NCBI RefSeq assembly: GCF_004010195.1 | Contig: NC_057752.1 | Location: forward strand, 10,551,830-10,599,048 | Direction of reading: 5' to 3' | Source of the DNA: Chiloscyllium plagiosum | Taxonomy: Eukaryota | Length of the DNA stretch: 47,219 nucleotides | Made by a program: the position numbers and the translations under genes | The notes under the pieces: model-generated | Database searches by the model: none | Told to the model about the DNA's origin: nothing | Seen by the model: the letters and a program-made list of their open reading frames with translations, nothing else | Shown: piece by piece, positions 1 to 11,499 of the stretch | How the letters are laid out: the number at the start of each line of letters is the position of its first letter | Numbering within the stretch: position 1 is the stretch's first letter

Positions 1-300
1 CAACAAGATGTGAACAATATCCAGGCTTAGACTGAAAAGTGCTAAATAATATTCATGTCACACAAATGCCAGGCAATAACCATCCTAAATAAAAGGCAAT
101 CTAACCACCAGCTCTTGACATTCAATCACTTTACCATCACTGAATCCCCCACTATCAACATCCTGGGGTTACCATAAACCAGAAACTCAACTGGATTTGC
201 CACATACACAGTGAGTAGAAGAGCAGGTCAGAGGCTAGGAATACTGCAGTGAGTAACTCACCACCTGACTCCCCAAAGCGTGTCGCCCATCTAATGTCAG
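1..300 (+). mobile_element. Decayed LINE (CR1/L2-group) ORF2 fragment just C-terminal to RT
   Basis: Frame 1 reads QQDVNNIQA*TEKC*IIFMSHKCQ...ESPTINILGVTINQKLNW, typical post-RT LINE sequence with stops. Confidence 0.7.
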
Positions 301-320
301 GAGTGCCCACCTCTCTCTAC

Positions 321-520
321 CTGTGGATTCCAGAACATTTTGTGCAGAAGGTGATGCCTAGATTGATGCTGGTCCATTCTGACTGGTGTTCATTGCAATC
401 ACAGCAATGAATGTTCCCTAGGATGCATTGCACCTGGTATAGACCCTTTTCCTTTCCGGGTTTTTCCTTGTCAGGGAGATCCAAGACCCCTGTAGATATA
501 GACAAGGTCCTTTCCAACTT
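321..520 (-). pseudogene. ACAP (centaurin-beta) family exon: linker plus ArfGAP zinc finger
   Basis: Translates KLERTLSISTGVLDL...VQCILGNIHCCDCNEHQSEWTSINLGITFCTKCSGIHR with an intact C-x2-C-x16-C-x2-C-x4-R ArfGAP motif. GT donor at 320-319 (CACAG|GTAG). The expected acceptor before the K codon reads TTTTCCG instead of YAG; the AAG 3 nt downstream could substitute. Paralog (ACAP1/2/3) not resolved. Confidence 0.85.
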
Positions 521-704
521 CGGAAAAGACACCAAGCTGAACACTAACAAATATAGATAACAACAGCAAGAAATTCTTTTAACAAAGTATAGTTCATAGC
601 TCAGCAGAGTCAGGATAGGTTTCAGGAAGGATGCTGAACAGTTTCCCTGAAGCTGGTGACATCTGTTAATCTCGCAAGACCACGGATCTGCACCTGGGAA
701 GTCT

Positions 705-1240
705 TGCTTCAATCTCTATTGGTAGAGCACTGTCTGTTGTAGCTGTAGAGGCCCACATGGGAGTGGCAGTCTCGGCTGTAGTCACTACACTTGAAGGCGC
801 TGTCCTCCGGTGTTGTCTTGGTACTGTTTTTTCGCCGAGTGCGCTTTTCTTCAGTTAGCCTCAGCGTCTCTTCTCTTTTTCGAAGAGTGCATAATTCTAG
901 CCTCCAGCAGAGCGATCACTTGCAATGTCCTCCCAGCTCTCCACATTCATGTTCAGTGACTTCAGGTCTCTCTTGCAGACATCTTTGAGACGAAGATGGA
1001 GCTGCCCTTGTGCTCTCTTGCCAGAGGCCAGTTCCCTGTATAGCAGGTCTTTCGGGATCGTTCCGTCTGACATGGCCCAGCCAGTAGAGGCAGCATCGTT
1101 GGAGCACTCTGAAAAGGCTGGGCATCTGGGCGCAGACCAGGACCTCGTTATTGGTGACTTGGTCAGTCCACTTGATGTCCAGGCTGTGAGGAGTCAGTGC
1201 CTTCACAACCTGGAAGTCACTGGGCATTGAACCACACAAA
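705..1240 (-). mobile_element. RTE-clade LINE ORF2 3' fragment
   Basis: IKWTDQVTNNEVL...PSLF...WLGHVRR followed by RLKDVCKRDLK and a terminal Cys/His motif; frameshifted. Confidence 0.8.
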
Positions 1241-1531
1241 CCAAATTCCACCCTCTGTCTGATCATTGATTTCGATTTGGAAGAGGGTAATCAAGGGACC
1301 ACAATTAAATTCTTGCAAAGAGAAGTGTAAAAACCAGCTGGGTTACCGTTTCTGATCACAGGCCAATAGTCACTATGGAAATGTACAGCTGTGTAATGTC
1401 AGGCTGAAATAACTGCACAGAGGCTGGTATCCCATCACCAGGTCACAGTTTATTTACATGTGCATAGTACATTGGCTGTGGCCAGCCAACTCGGAGTCAG
1501 TCCCCTGAACTGACAGGATTCGAAATTCCCT

Positions 1532-1534
<3 letters not shown>

Positions 1535-1568
<34 letters not shown>

Positions 1569-1581
1569 TATTATATATATA
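1535..1581. repeat. (TA)n microsatellite
   Basis: Direct reading. Confidence 0.95.
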
Positions 1582-2486
1582 TTTTCTTTTTTACAATCCA
1601 CCACCAGAAAAGGCACCCGTGTGACCAATGAACTAGTGACAAGCAAAGCCCAGAGCGAGCAGTGCTTACGTGAAGAAGGAGAGGGTAGGGACTCAATCAA
1701 AATAGAATTGAAGGGGGAAATAAAACATTTCATGTTCTGTGGTGCTCATCTCTCCCTGAGAACCTTGAGGGTGTTGGTGCACACCGCGTGATCCTTCTGC
1801 AGAGACACCCGGGCTTGAACATTAACACGGAAGAGGGGCAGGCAGTCAGCCAGAATGACCCCCTCCACAACCTGCTGCGTGGACCTGTTAATGGTCAGCC
1901 TGGTCAGGCCCAGAGGCAGACCCGTGAGGAGATCCTCTGACCTGCCCTCTCCCCTCTGCACTGGGATTTATTTTTTTTCCCCATCTTTCCTACACTACCA
2001 CCTAACTGTGTTAATGCTTATTTTTTCCCCAGCACCCATGATGTGTGTGTGTGCAGGTGTGAGACACAGTAAGAGACACAAGGTGCACGAATCTTTATTC
2101 AGTTTCCACCAGCAGGAAGATAGGAAAACACCCGAGTGGCCAGTGACAAACACTGCCCTTCACATCAAAGGGCAGTGCTGTGTGATCAAAACAGTGAAAG
2201 GGAGGGTAGGGACTAAATCAAAATAGAGTTGGAGGGAGAAATAATGCACTCCACTCCCTGCGGCGCTCAGCTCTCCCTGAACAACTCCAGGGTGTTGGTG
2301 GACACTGCGTGCTCCTTTTCCAGAGACACCCGGGCCCTAACGTAACCACAGAAGAGGGGTGGGCAGCCAGCCCTAACAACCCCCTCCACTACCCGCACCT
2401 GCTTATGACCAGCCTGGTCAGGCCCAGGAGCAGACCCCCGTGAGGAGATCCTCTGACCTGCCCTCTCCCCTCTGCACTGGGTGATC
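1582..2486 (-). mobile_element. Two tandem L1/Tx1-type LINE 3' ends (about 1582-1964 and 1965-2482)
   Basis: Both encode a Tx1-like ORF2 C-terminus (LGLTRL.INRS.Q..VEGV..ADCLPLFR..V.ARVSLEK.HAV.TNTL..FRE) and end in A-rich tails on the minus strand. Confidence 0.75.
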
Positions 2487-2956
2487 CCCTGTTTATTTTG
2501 GTTGGCCAGTGCCTCCTGATTGGGGTTGTTAACCTGGGCCAATCACGGACCCCGTAGTCAATGAGGTCAACCTGGTTCCAGTCACTACACAAGCATTCAG
2601 CTTGGCTGTGGTGAACAACTGTGTTGAATATTTTATAGTCTATGGGGCCATAATGAATGAAAACCATTTTGTTGATATAATGGAAAACAAATGCAGCATT
2701 GCTCCCCACCATTGTGAACAGTACTCAGTGCCTCTATAATTATATCCCAGAGTCATTGTGCGTGGAACCCAAATTCTAGTGAGTCAGTTTGTGTATAACC
2801 TATACCCCAGTGGAAGTCAGATTGTATGGAATCTGTACTCTACTGAGAGCTAATGTGTTGGAACTGTACCTCTGAGTGTCAGTATGCATGGGACCCATAC
2901 TCCAGTGAGATTGTGCGTGCGTGGAACTTGTAATTGTGAAGTTTAGATGAATATAC

Positions 2957-3072
2957 CTGTACCGAATAATTGTCTTCTCGTTTTTCATTAAATGCTGTTG
3001 CAATACTTGATTGTACTTCCCAGGATCCGGGTTTGCTGGTGTTTCTCAGAGTGAGCCTGAAGCTTGCAGCTC
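2957..3072 (-). pseudogene. ACAP family exon: C-terminal helix of PH domain, frameshifted
   Basis: Acceptor ttccttctgtcctagcag|G and donor CAG|GTATAT. Reads SCKLQAHSEKHQQTRIL then +1 shift to EVQSSIATAFNEKREDNYSVQ (ACAP: SCMLQADSEKLRQAWIKAVQTSIATAYREK). Length is 116 nt where 115 is needed for frame; the invariant PH Trp is CGG (Arg). Confidence 0.85.
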
Positions 3073-3584
3073 CTGCTAGGACAGAAGGAAACCACAAGCA
3101 TAGGGAACTTGTATCAAGTCTGCAAGTCTTGTAAATATTGAAGCAGTCTACTATACAAAATTGTGTTCTGATAGCAGTACTCATGTTGTGTGTATGTGAA
3201 GGGAAACATGAGGTGTATGTCAGTCAAACATTGCCTTTTGTGGAGTTTGAGGCTGTAATTGCAGTATATTGTGGGATGTGAGGCCAATTGACAAGGTGCA
3301 TATTTATTGTCCATAGTAGCTTTTTAGGTACCGTTTGTTATATAGTTCCACAGACACTGACCCTCACTAAACACAAGAAGCGAGAGCCTGGAGGCCAGAC
3401 CAAAATGGGTAAGGATTACAAGTCTCCTTCATTAAAAGGTCATTAATGAAGTGTTTAGGGTTTTATGACTGACTATTTGACCGATTGTGGTCACTTTTCA
3501 TTTTCAGATTTGTTAAATTGAATTCAGATCTTTAAACAGCAATTTGAAATCGTGCTTTCTGGGTTACTAGTTCAATAATACAAG

Positions 3585-3875
3585 GAAATCATAACTCAAA
3601 TTCGGATTAGGTGAGAGGAGAGCAACTTAAAAAAGACATGAAAGGCAATTTTTTTTATACAAGAGGTTGGGTTCGTGTGTGGAGTGAACTTCCTCAGGAT
3701 GTGGTGGATGTGGGCACAATTACAATGTTTAAAGACATTTGAATGAGTACATGAATAAGAAATATTTGGAGATTTATGGGCCATGAATAGGCAGGTGGGC
3801 TAGTTTATTTTGGGATTATGTTCGGCATGGACTGGTTGGACCAAAGGGTCTGTTTCTGTGTTGTATGACTCTGTG
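3585..3875 (+). mobile_element. CR1 LINE 3' end fragment
   Basis: Typical CR1 tail (ggcaattttttt.tacaagaggttg...ggactggttggaccaaagggtctgtttctgtgttgtatgactct). Confidence 0.75.
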
Positions 3876-3884
3876 AGTACTCTC

Positions 3885-4020
3885 TAAAGGCACCAAGAGT
3901 ATTGGTGTATGCTGCAAGTTCCCTCTCCAAGGACCCCTGGTTTGAACATAGCCACAGAAGAGGAGCAGGCAGCAGCTATCATCCCCTCCACAGCCCTTTG
4001 CCTGGACCTGTTAATAGCCA
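3885..4020 (-). mobile_element. Tx1-type LINE 3' fragment
   Basis: LAINRSRQRAVEG motif shared with the copies at 1.6-2.5 kb. Confidence 0.65.
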
Positions 4021-4237
4021 GGAGAAAGTGAGGTCTGCAGATGCTGGAGATCAGAGATGGAAATGTGTTGCTGGAAAAGCGCAGCAGGTCAGGCAGCATC
4101 CAGGGAACAGGAGAATTGACGTTTCGGACATTAGCCCTTCTTCAGGAATGAAGAAGGGCTAATGCCCGAAACGTCGATTCTCCTGTTCCCTGGATGCTGC
4201 CTGACCTGCTGCGCTTTTCCAGCAACACATTTCCATC
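4021..4237. mobile_element. Fold-back (palindromic) Penelope-like terminal element with 14-bp TSD
   Basis: About 90-bp near-perfect inverted arms centred near 4147; TSD cctgttaatagcca at 4007-4020 and 4238-4251; same terminus as the GIY-YIG-bearing copies at 16.1 and 39.8 kb. Confidence 0.85.
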
Positions 4238-4251
4238 CCTGTTAATAGCCA

Positions 4252-4467
4252 AAAGAGCCAAAGAGCTGCAGAAGTTGGAAATCAGAAACAAAAACAGAAA
4301 TTGCTGGAAAAACTCAGGTCTGGTAGCACCTGTGGAGAGAAAGCAGAGTTAAAATTTCAGGTCTGGTGACCCTTCTTCAGAACTGGAAAAGGGCTTAAGA
4401 ATGGTCACTGGACCTGAAACATTAACTGCTTTATCTCTACAGATGCTGCTGGACCTGCTGAGTTTTT
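4252..4467. mobile_element. Older, second-family fold-back PLE terminus
   Basis: Imperfect inverted arms with CTGAAGAAGGGTC..GACCTGAAA; followed by a third target copy cctgttaatggcca at 4468-4481. Confidence 0.7.
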
Positions 4468-4504
4468 CCTGTTAATGGCCAACTTGACCAAAGCAATTTC
4501 TCTT

Positions 4505-6235
4505 TTTTTTATATTCAATAATAGGATTGAGATGTCACTGTCTGGAGCAGCATTTATTGCCCGTCCCTATTTACTCTGGATAGATGGTGGTGAGCTGCCT
4601 TTTTGAACCTTTGTGGTCCATGCAATGTAGGGACACCTACAATGCCATTAGAGAGGATGCTGTAGGATGCAGACAAAACAAAGCAGCGGTGATATGTTTG
4701 CAAGTTAGATAGAGCCCAGCATGGAAGGAAGCTTGTGGTATGGGTCTTCTCAGCAGTAGGGGTCGCAAATTTGAGAAAGTATCTACCCTGAGGAACTTTT
4801 CCAGAGAGGTCCTGGAGCTGAGATGACTGACCTCCAACCATCTTCCTTTGTGCCAGGTATGATTCCAACCTCTGATTTTCATATACTTCAGTTTTGCTAG
4901 GGCTGCTTAATGCCACACTCAGTCAAGTGGCCATGATGCCAAGGACAGTCACTCTCACCTCACTTCTGGAACTTAGCTCATTTGTCCATGTTTGAACCAA
5001 GGCTATAATGCACTCAGGAGCTGAATGACCTGCTCACTGATGCTCAGTTTGGGTCTATTAGGACATAACATGAAATAAGGCATAAGAATCACATGATTGC
5101 ATTGCCAGCTGTCCATTCTTTTATAAGTGATCAAAAGTAGGCTTATGGGACAACAATTATCTGGGTTGAATTTGTTCTTTTTTTCTGTACAGGGCATATC
5201 TGGGCAATTTTCCACATTGTCAGCAGATGCCAATGTGTAGCTGTACTGGGACAGCTTGATTATGGATGCAGCAAGTTCAAGACCACAAGTCTTCAGTATT
5301 ACTGCTAGAATGTTGTCAATGCTCATGTCGCTTTGGAGTATCTCGTCCCTTCGGCCATTTCTTGATATCACGTGGAGTGAATCAAACTGACTGAAAACCT
5401 CCAGAGATGCTAGGGATCTCTGGAGGAGGCCAAAGTGGATCATACACTCGGCATTTCTGGCTGAAGATTGTTGTGAATGCTTCAACCTTATTTTTGCACT
5501 TGTGCTGGGCTCCCCCATAATTGATATTTGTGGAACCTCCTCCAGTGAATTGTTTAATTGTCCACCACTATTCATGACTATTTGATGTGGCAGGACTGCA
5601 AAGCTTAGCTCTGATCTGTTCATCTCTTTCTAACACTTGCTGCTTATGCTGTTTGGCATGCATGTAGTTCGATTTTGTAGCTTCACCAGGTTAACACCTC
5701 ATTTTTAGGTATGCCTTGTGCTGTTCCTGGTATCCTCTCCTACACTCCTCACTGAACCAGAGTTGATCCCCTGGCTTGATCATCATGGTAGCTTTGGGGA
5801 AATGCTGTTCCATGAGGTTGCAGATTGTATTGGAGTATAATTCTGTTGCTGATAACCCACAATGTCTCATGGATGCCCAATCTAGGTTGCAAGATTTGTC
5901 CTAAATCCATCTTATTTAACACAGTGATAGTGATAGTGCTACACTACAAGATGAAGAGTATTCTCGGTGTGAAGACAGGACTTCATCTCTACAAGATCTG
6001 AACAGTGATCTAGTGCTAACCAATGCTTTCATGGACTGATACATCTTGACTGATAAGGATAAGCTAATTCTTGCTGGTTCTCAGCGGACCTGGTCTTACA
6101 TAAATGTCCCTTAGGAGTTACCCAGCTTAGTCATCAGAGGCGCTCTTAACAATGGACTTTGATCCTCCCAACCATAGTACATTCTGTGCCCTATCCATAA
6201 TCGGTGCTCCTTTCAAGGGTTGCTCAGAATGGAGG
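4505..6235 (-). mobile_element. Decayed LINE (CR1/L2-group) with internal deletions
   Basis: ILKTCGLELAA..KLSQYSY, NPDNCCPISLL and LQRFKKAAHHHL-type ORF2 remnants; T-run tail near 4503. Confidence 0.7.
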
Positions 6236-6479
6236 AGGACTGATAGAACTGCATAGTGCATGCAGAACAGTATTCAAAAATTCAGGGAACACTCTGAATG
6301 TACAGAGACCAAAATTCTATATTTTGAGAGTACTGTTAGTATTCCTTTGTTTGAATGTCATCGGAAATACATACCTTGCTCTTAAAATCCTACAGTATGT
6401 TGAAGAACCCCAACCAGCTCAAACGACAAATACCAATGATCAACATAACTAGCCTTAATACAAGGAAAACATCATTGTT

Positions 6480-6705
6480 CTCTGCTGAATGTTCACTGAA
6501 GCTGGGGCAAGCACAACTATGAAAGATTGGAAAGCAGCCGTCAACAAATCCTCTCCACAGTCTGCTGTAGGGATCTGTTAAATGACCACCTTGGCCAGGC
6601 CCAGGAGCAGAGCCATGAGATGGTTCTATGATCTGCCTGACCCCCTGTGCTCCAGTTGACCAAAGATCCAGAGTTTCATGGCACTGAACTGACCCCTTTT
6701 CACAC
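6480..6705 (-). mobile_element. Highly decayed Tx1-type 3' fragment
   Basis: ccttggccaggcccaggagcag...tctgcctgacccc resembles the 1.9 and 2.4 kb copies. Confidence 0.5.
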
Positions 6706-7429
6706 ACTTCAAGTATTTTCCTAATTAACCTCTTCAGATATGCAATATTCTGACATATATCTGGAACAGTTGGGACTTGAACCCTGGGCCTGATGGCTCA
6801 AAGGTATAAACGCTACCACTGCACCTCAGCAGCCCTCTTGTATGTGCTCAAAGACAATGAATTAACACTCATCAGCTGTTTCCCCTTAATCATGTCATTG
6901 ACATGAACAACTCTCATTTTCTAGTTTAGCATGAGCTATTTAAAAAAAACTTTACATGTCTCTATTGTCATAACTATACCATCCCACAGGAGTGGCAGCT
7001 TTGATTATGTGCTCATCAGTGGAAGTTACTCTGTTCACTGTAGGATGACCATGGCAGTGTGACAAGAGTGATTGATTCTAAAACAGTGTTGAAACCCAGA
7101 GTGCAGAGCACCCCAAGTATTCAGGAGAACGCAGATCTTATGAAACCGTCATGTTGGGGATCGTACTGATATCTGCACTGTCTGAAATGATGTTCACATT
7201 TGAGTTCTGAGGATACTACTGGTTACATGTTTCACATTGTTACAAGCTTCCTCATTTTTCACTTGCCAGAGATTAATTCCCCACAAGTGCAGGGATTCCA
7301 TTCTCAGAGTGATCACATAATGGCATTGTCCTGAAGCTGCACGTAATGCACATCCATTAGCGTGGCAATTACTCCCCAGAGATGTCATTGTATAAACACT
7401 TAACACACTTTTATTGATCATAAAATCAC

Positions 7430-7840
7430 AAATCATAGAACTATACAGTATAGAAGAGGCCCTTCAACCCATTGAGTCTATGCTGCTAAAACTATCCTGC
7501 TATCTGCACTAGTCCCACTTTCCCACACTAGGGTCATAGCCTTAAATGTTATGCTCATCCAAGTACTTTTTAAAGGTAGCACGGTTTCTTACCTCAACTA
7601 CCCTCCCAGGCAGTGCATTCCAGACCTCCACCATCCTCTGGGTGACAAGACTTTTCCTCAAACCCCCTCTAAACCTCCTCACTTTCAAATTAAAATGATG
7701 CCCCCTTGTTATTGACCCTTTGACTAAGGGCAACAGCTGCTTTCTATTCACCCTGTCCATGCCTCTCAATCTGAAACATCTTTATCAGGTCTCTCCTTCA
7801 ACTTTCAACTCGAAAGAAAACAACCCAAGCTTGTCCAGGC
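7430..7840 (-). mobile_element. CR1 LINE 3' fragment
   Basis: MRGMDRVN...TRGH.F....RRFRG..RK...TQRMVEVWNALP motif. Confidence 0.85.
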
Positions 7841-8594
7841 TACTGGTTTGCATATTCAATGCAATGTTGAACTGTCACAGGAATCCATGCTCGATCAAAT
7901 TCTCAAGCTTTCACCTAGGTGTTGCCTATTTGTTGAAATAGCTGGATGATCCTACACAGGAAAATCTTCCAATATTTGACCTGAGCTTTAATATGATAAT
8001 AGGTATACTGAGCCCAAACACTGACCAACGTGCATATCAATTGGGGCAGGATATCCCATTGCAGATACTCTACATATCCTTCAGTCCTGAGCTGGATGGT
8101 AGGAGTGGGGATGGGGAGTGGAAGTTTTTTTTTCCAATCCAAAACTTCACTCAAAATGTTTCTTGTGTGAATTGAACAATTGCAAGCGTTGCAAGTCAGT
8201 ATGAATTCAAATTATGAGGTAAAGCTAAGGAAGCTTGGGATTATATTCTTCAGAAAACAGGAATGATCAACGTAGCCTAATTGAATTTTTCAAATTTCTG
8301 AGGTAAGTTGGTGAGACTAACTCAGGGAAATTGTTTTTTTCTGGAAAATTGTTCCCTGTGGTGAAAGATTCAAATCCCACGGGACATTAAGTTAAATGTT
8401 TTGAATTAGGGGCATGATGGGAATTTAAGGGAGGGGAGACTTAATTAACATCCCTCAATAACTCATTTGCTCACTTATATCACCATTATTTGTAGAATCT
8501 TACTGTGTGCAAATTAGCGTCACATTTCCCTCCTGTGAGGCTACACTTCAATTAATTTACTGAATTAGTGGCAAAGTGCTTCTGAAGGAAATCT

Positions 8595-8975
8595 GATTAA
8601 TGTGTATAAAATTCTAATAGAGCTGGCCAGATGACATGCAGGGAGAAAGTTTCCCGTGGTTGGGGAAGTATAGGAGCATAGGACACAGTCTCAGGATGTG
8701 GAGTAGGCCATTTAGGAGTGAGATGAGGAAATATGTGATCACTCAAAGGGTAGTGAACCTGTGGAATTCCCCACCACAGAAGGCTGCCAAGGCTGAATCA
8801 CTGACTGTGTTCAAGAGATAGAAAGATAAATATTTAGATATTAAAGGCAACATGAGTTATGGCGAGAAAGCAGGAATATGGCATTGAGGTAGAAGATTGG
8901 CTATGATCATATTGAAGGGTGGAGCAAGCTTGAAGAGTCAAATTGCCTACTCATACTCCTAGTTTCTATGCTTCT
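8595..8975 (+). mobile_element. CR1 LINE 3' fragment
   Basis: GHSLR...PFRSEMRK..ITQRVVNLWNS.PQKA. Confidence 0.85.
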
Positions 8976-9789
8976 AGAACATTCTGAGTTTGTAAAAGCC
9001 ACTACATAAATGCAAGACCAAGGGCTGTTGTGGCATAGTGGTTGTGCCCCTGCCTCTGAGCCAGAGTTCTGAGTTCAAATTCCATCCGCACTGGTAATTT
9101 GTCACAACATATCCAAACAGGTTGATTCAAAATACTTATAAATGCAATTCTTTACTTTCAAAGGAGCACAGGTTTCTGGAATACATTTCCAAAAACGAGC
9201 AAATCATCCAAGTGAGTTGAAGTGACAGCAGTCAGAATTTGGGCCTGGCTGCTAGAAATCTAGGCTGAAGTGTTAACCTGTTCCAAATAGCAAGTAGTTT
9301 GAAATTGTAGGAGGTCTGGCAAAACAAATACTGGTGCAGGACCAGTTCACAATGTCCATATTTAACTCAAAAAGTGCATTTACTAATAAATGGAGCACCT
9401 GCATGGGACAGACACCTTCGAATAGTTGACAATTAAGTGGAGTTTAACCCTGGATTCTGGATTGGACTTCAAACACACGCCTTGTCCAAGCTTCCTCCAA
9501 CTCACCAGGTTAAACTAGACAAGTGAAGAATGGAAAAAAAACCTGACATGTTGAAATCGGTTGGCAGTTGCTTACCTCGGTCAAAAGCATCTGCTGACAA
9601 GGCTTGCTCTGAAAGTGTGCTTCCACTTCTTTGGGAGCAATGTCCAACAGTCAGGATGTGTTTCTGCTGCCTTAGAATGATTTTGTCATTGCTCTGCATG
9701 ACTGCAGTGTGGAAGCTGCTTCTGAAGATCTTCCTTGCACATCTGAGAAGGAACAAGAGGAGAAGTGCCAACACCAACAACAGTTTCAT

Positions 9790-10190
9790 CCCTCCTTAGC
9801 CACAGTCCACACCGCAAAGTGCTGCAGCAAACTCTCAGCAAATGATCCCTTCCCCACTCTCCAGCACTGGTTCTACAGCGTTTTTTGGGTGACTGAGCAC
9901 CAGCTGGCCCAGCTAGTTCAGTCACACCATCACATTGTTGCCACTTGCAGCCACAAAAGGCTTCCTTTCAAGTGGGTGACCATTGCCAGTGGTGCACAGG
10001 GTCAAAATGGCTCTGCATTTCTTCACCTCCGATTATGTCGAGTATTCTGCCAATAATATTTCAGAATCTCCTCATCTTCTGCCTACAAGTGTATCTCCCA
10101 TATTTCTTACTTGCCATGCCACTCCAACTGTTTTGTCACAGATGAATGCAATCGGAAAAACAGGATCCTTGGATTGGCCGACGCTGGCTA
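9790..10190 (+). mobile_element. PIF/Harbinger transposase N-terminal relic
   Basis: LPVVHRVKMALHFFTS and SSAYKCI remnants resemble HARBI1-type LPVAVKVT.ALNFFASGSFQ...SQSAAHKCI; lies convergent to a Myb-like gene as in Harbinger elements. Confidence 0.55.
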
Positions 10191-10202
10191 GATCCTGATC
10201 CT

Positions 10203-10333
10203 GATTCCTGAAGAAGGGCCTGTGCCCAAAACGTCGAATCTCCTGTTCCCTGGATGCTGCCTGACCTGCTGTGCTGTTCCAGCAATAAAGTTTCAACTTT
10301 GATCTCCAGCATCTGCAGACCTCACTTTCTCCT
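10203..10333 (+). mobile_element. PLE terminus with mutated hammerhead core
   Basis: GATTC-CTGAAGA-A-GGGC-CTGT-GCCC-AAAA-CG-TC-GAATC; core GAAA changed to AAAA. Confidence 0.8.
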
Positions 10334-10442
10334 GAGCAGTACAGCCAATCGCAGACTGCACACATATGACACTTGAGGGTCCCGCTGATTACCCAGCAGC
10401 ATTGAACAATGGGAAGAGCTTGCACTCCCTCAATGTTCAGCT

Positions 10443-10737
10443 GCAGCATGGTGACTCAGTGTTAGCATTGTTGCGTCACAGCACCAAGGACCTGGGTTTG
10501 ATTTCACTGTAGGATGACTGTGTGGAGTTTACATATTCTTCCCATGTCTGCGTGGGTTTCCTCCCATAGTCCAAAGATGTGCAGGTTAGGTGGTTTGGCT
10601 ATGCTAAATTGTTCATAGTGCTCAGGAGGTGGATTAATTATGGGAAATGTGGGGATAGAGTGTGGGGCTAGGTGGGATGCTGTTCGGAGGGTCAGTGGAG
10701 ACTTGATGGGCCGAATAGCCTCTTTCCACATTGTAGG
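10443..10737 (+). mobile_element. tRNA-derived SINE (HE1-like); duplicate at 11670-11964
   Basis: Decayed A box (tggtgactcagtgttagc), B box (gggtttgattt), SINE core and CR1-like tail. Confidence 0.75.
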
Positions 10738-11406
10738 CGCACTGTGATTCTATATTTGTCAGCCACCAAAAGATCATCATACCAGCCTGATCAAGGTACA
10801 TGGCAAGCTTGCATACTTCTTCAATTCTGCTCCAGTCACTCCACTCTGAGTCAGTAGATGATCCTTGGCGCCAGGGCCTACTCTCCAGTGAGTTGCTCAG
10901 CAAGGTACAGTCCGCTACCCTCTGTTCACAGAGACAGAGTGAGTGTGCTGGTTAATGATCAGCTGCATCTGAGGATTGAGCTGCATCGATTGACCATGCC
11001 ACTAACTGCTCTTGGCATGAGGCTGGACATCAGTGCCGAGGGTCGAAACATCATGGCACACATGGTCGAGAAAGCCACCTCCAATCTCACTTCAGTGGGC
11101 CAGTATCTCTGGAAATGCTGACAGAAACTTACTCAATTCACCCTGCTGCTCCAGAATAGTCTGTTTGTCAACAACTGTCAAGGCTCAGCTCCTTCATCCA
11201 GTTCAGCAGAGCCTGGAAGATCCTGAGCACTCTGTGGCTCTCCACTGCTGGACCTGTCTTCACCTCCTGCTGTTGCTCCCTTGTGACGTGTAATTCACCA
11301 TGTGTGCCCCCACCTGAGGTATGTGCATCCGAGCTGGTGGTGGTCACCCATGTCTGTATTTCTTCAGAGCCCAAAGGTATGTTTGCTGGGCTTATGGGAG
11401 ATTCAG

Positions 11407-11499
11407 AGCTGGAAATGTGTTGCTGGAAAAGCGCAGCAGGTCAGGCAGCATCCAGGGAACAGGAGAATCGACGTTTCGGGCATAAGCCCTTCTTCAGGA
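11407..11499 (-). mobile_element. Young PLE terminal arm at the duplication junction
   Basis: Matches the left arm of the 31733-31950 element; intact minus-strand hammerhead core. Confidence 0.85.

Larger units (their letters stand above)
1392..2589 (-). mobile_element. Possible short LTR-like element interrupted by Tx1 insertion
   Basis: TGTAATG...CACTACA imperfect inverted termini, minus-strand AATAAA near 1449-1454, halves joined by duplicated ccctgtttat (1528-1537, 2487-2496). No outer TSD seen. Confidence 0.35.

Noticed and set aside
317..712. 131-aa ORF as a complete gene
   Set aside because: Only 321-520 is ACAP-like; the rest is intron read-through, and the stop comes from the GTAG donor.
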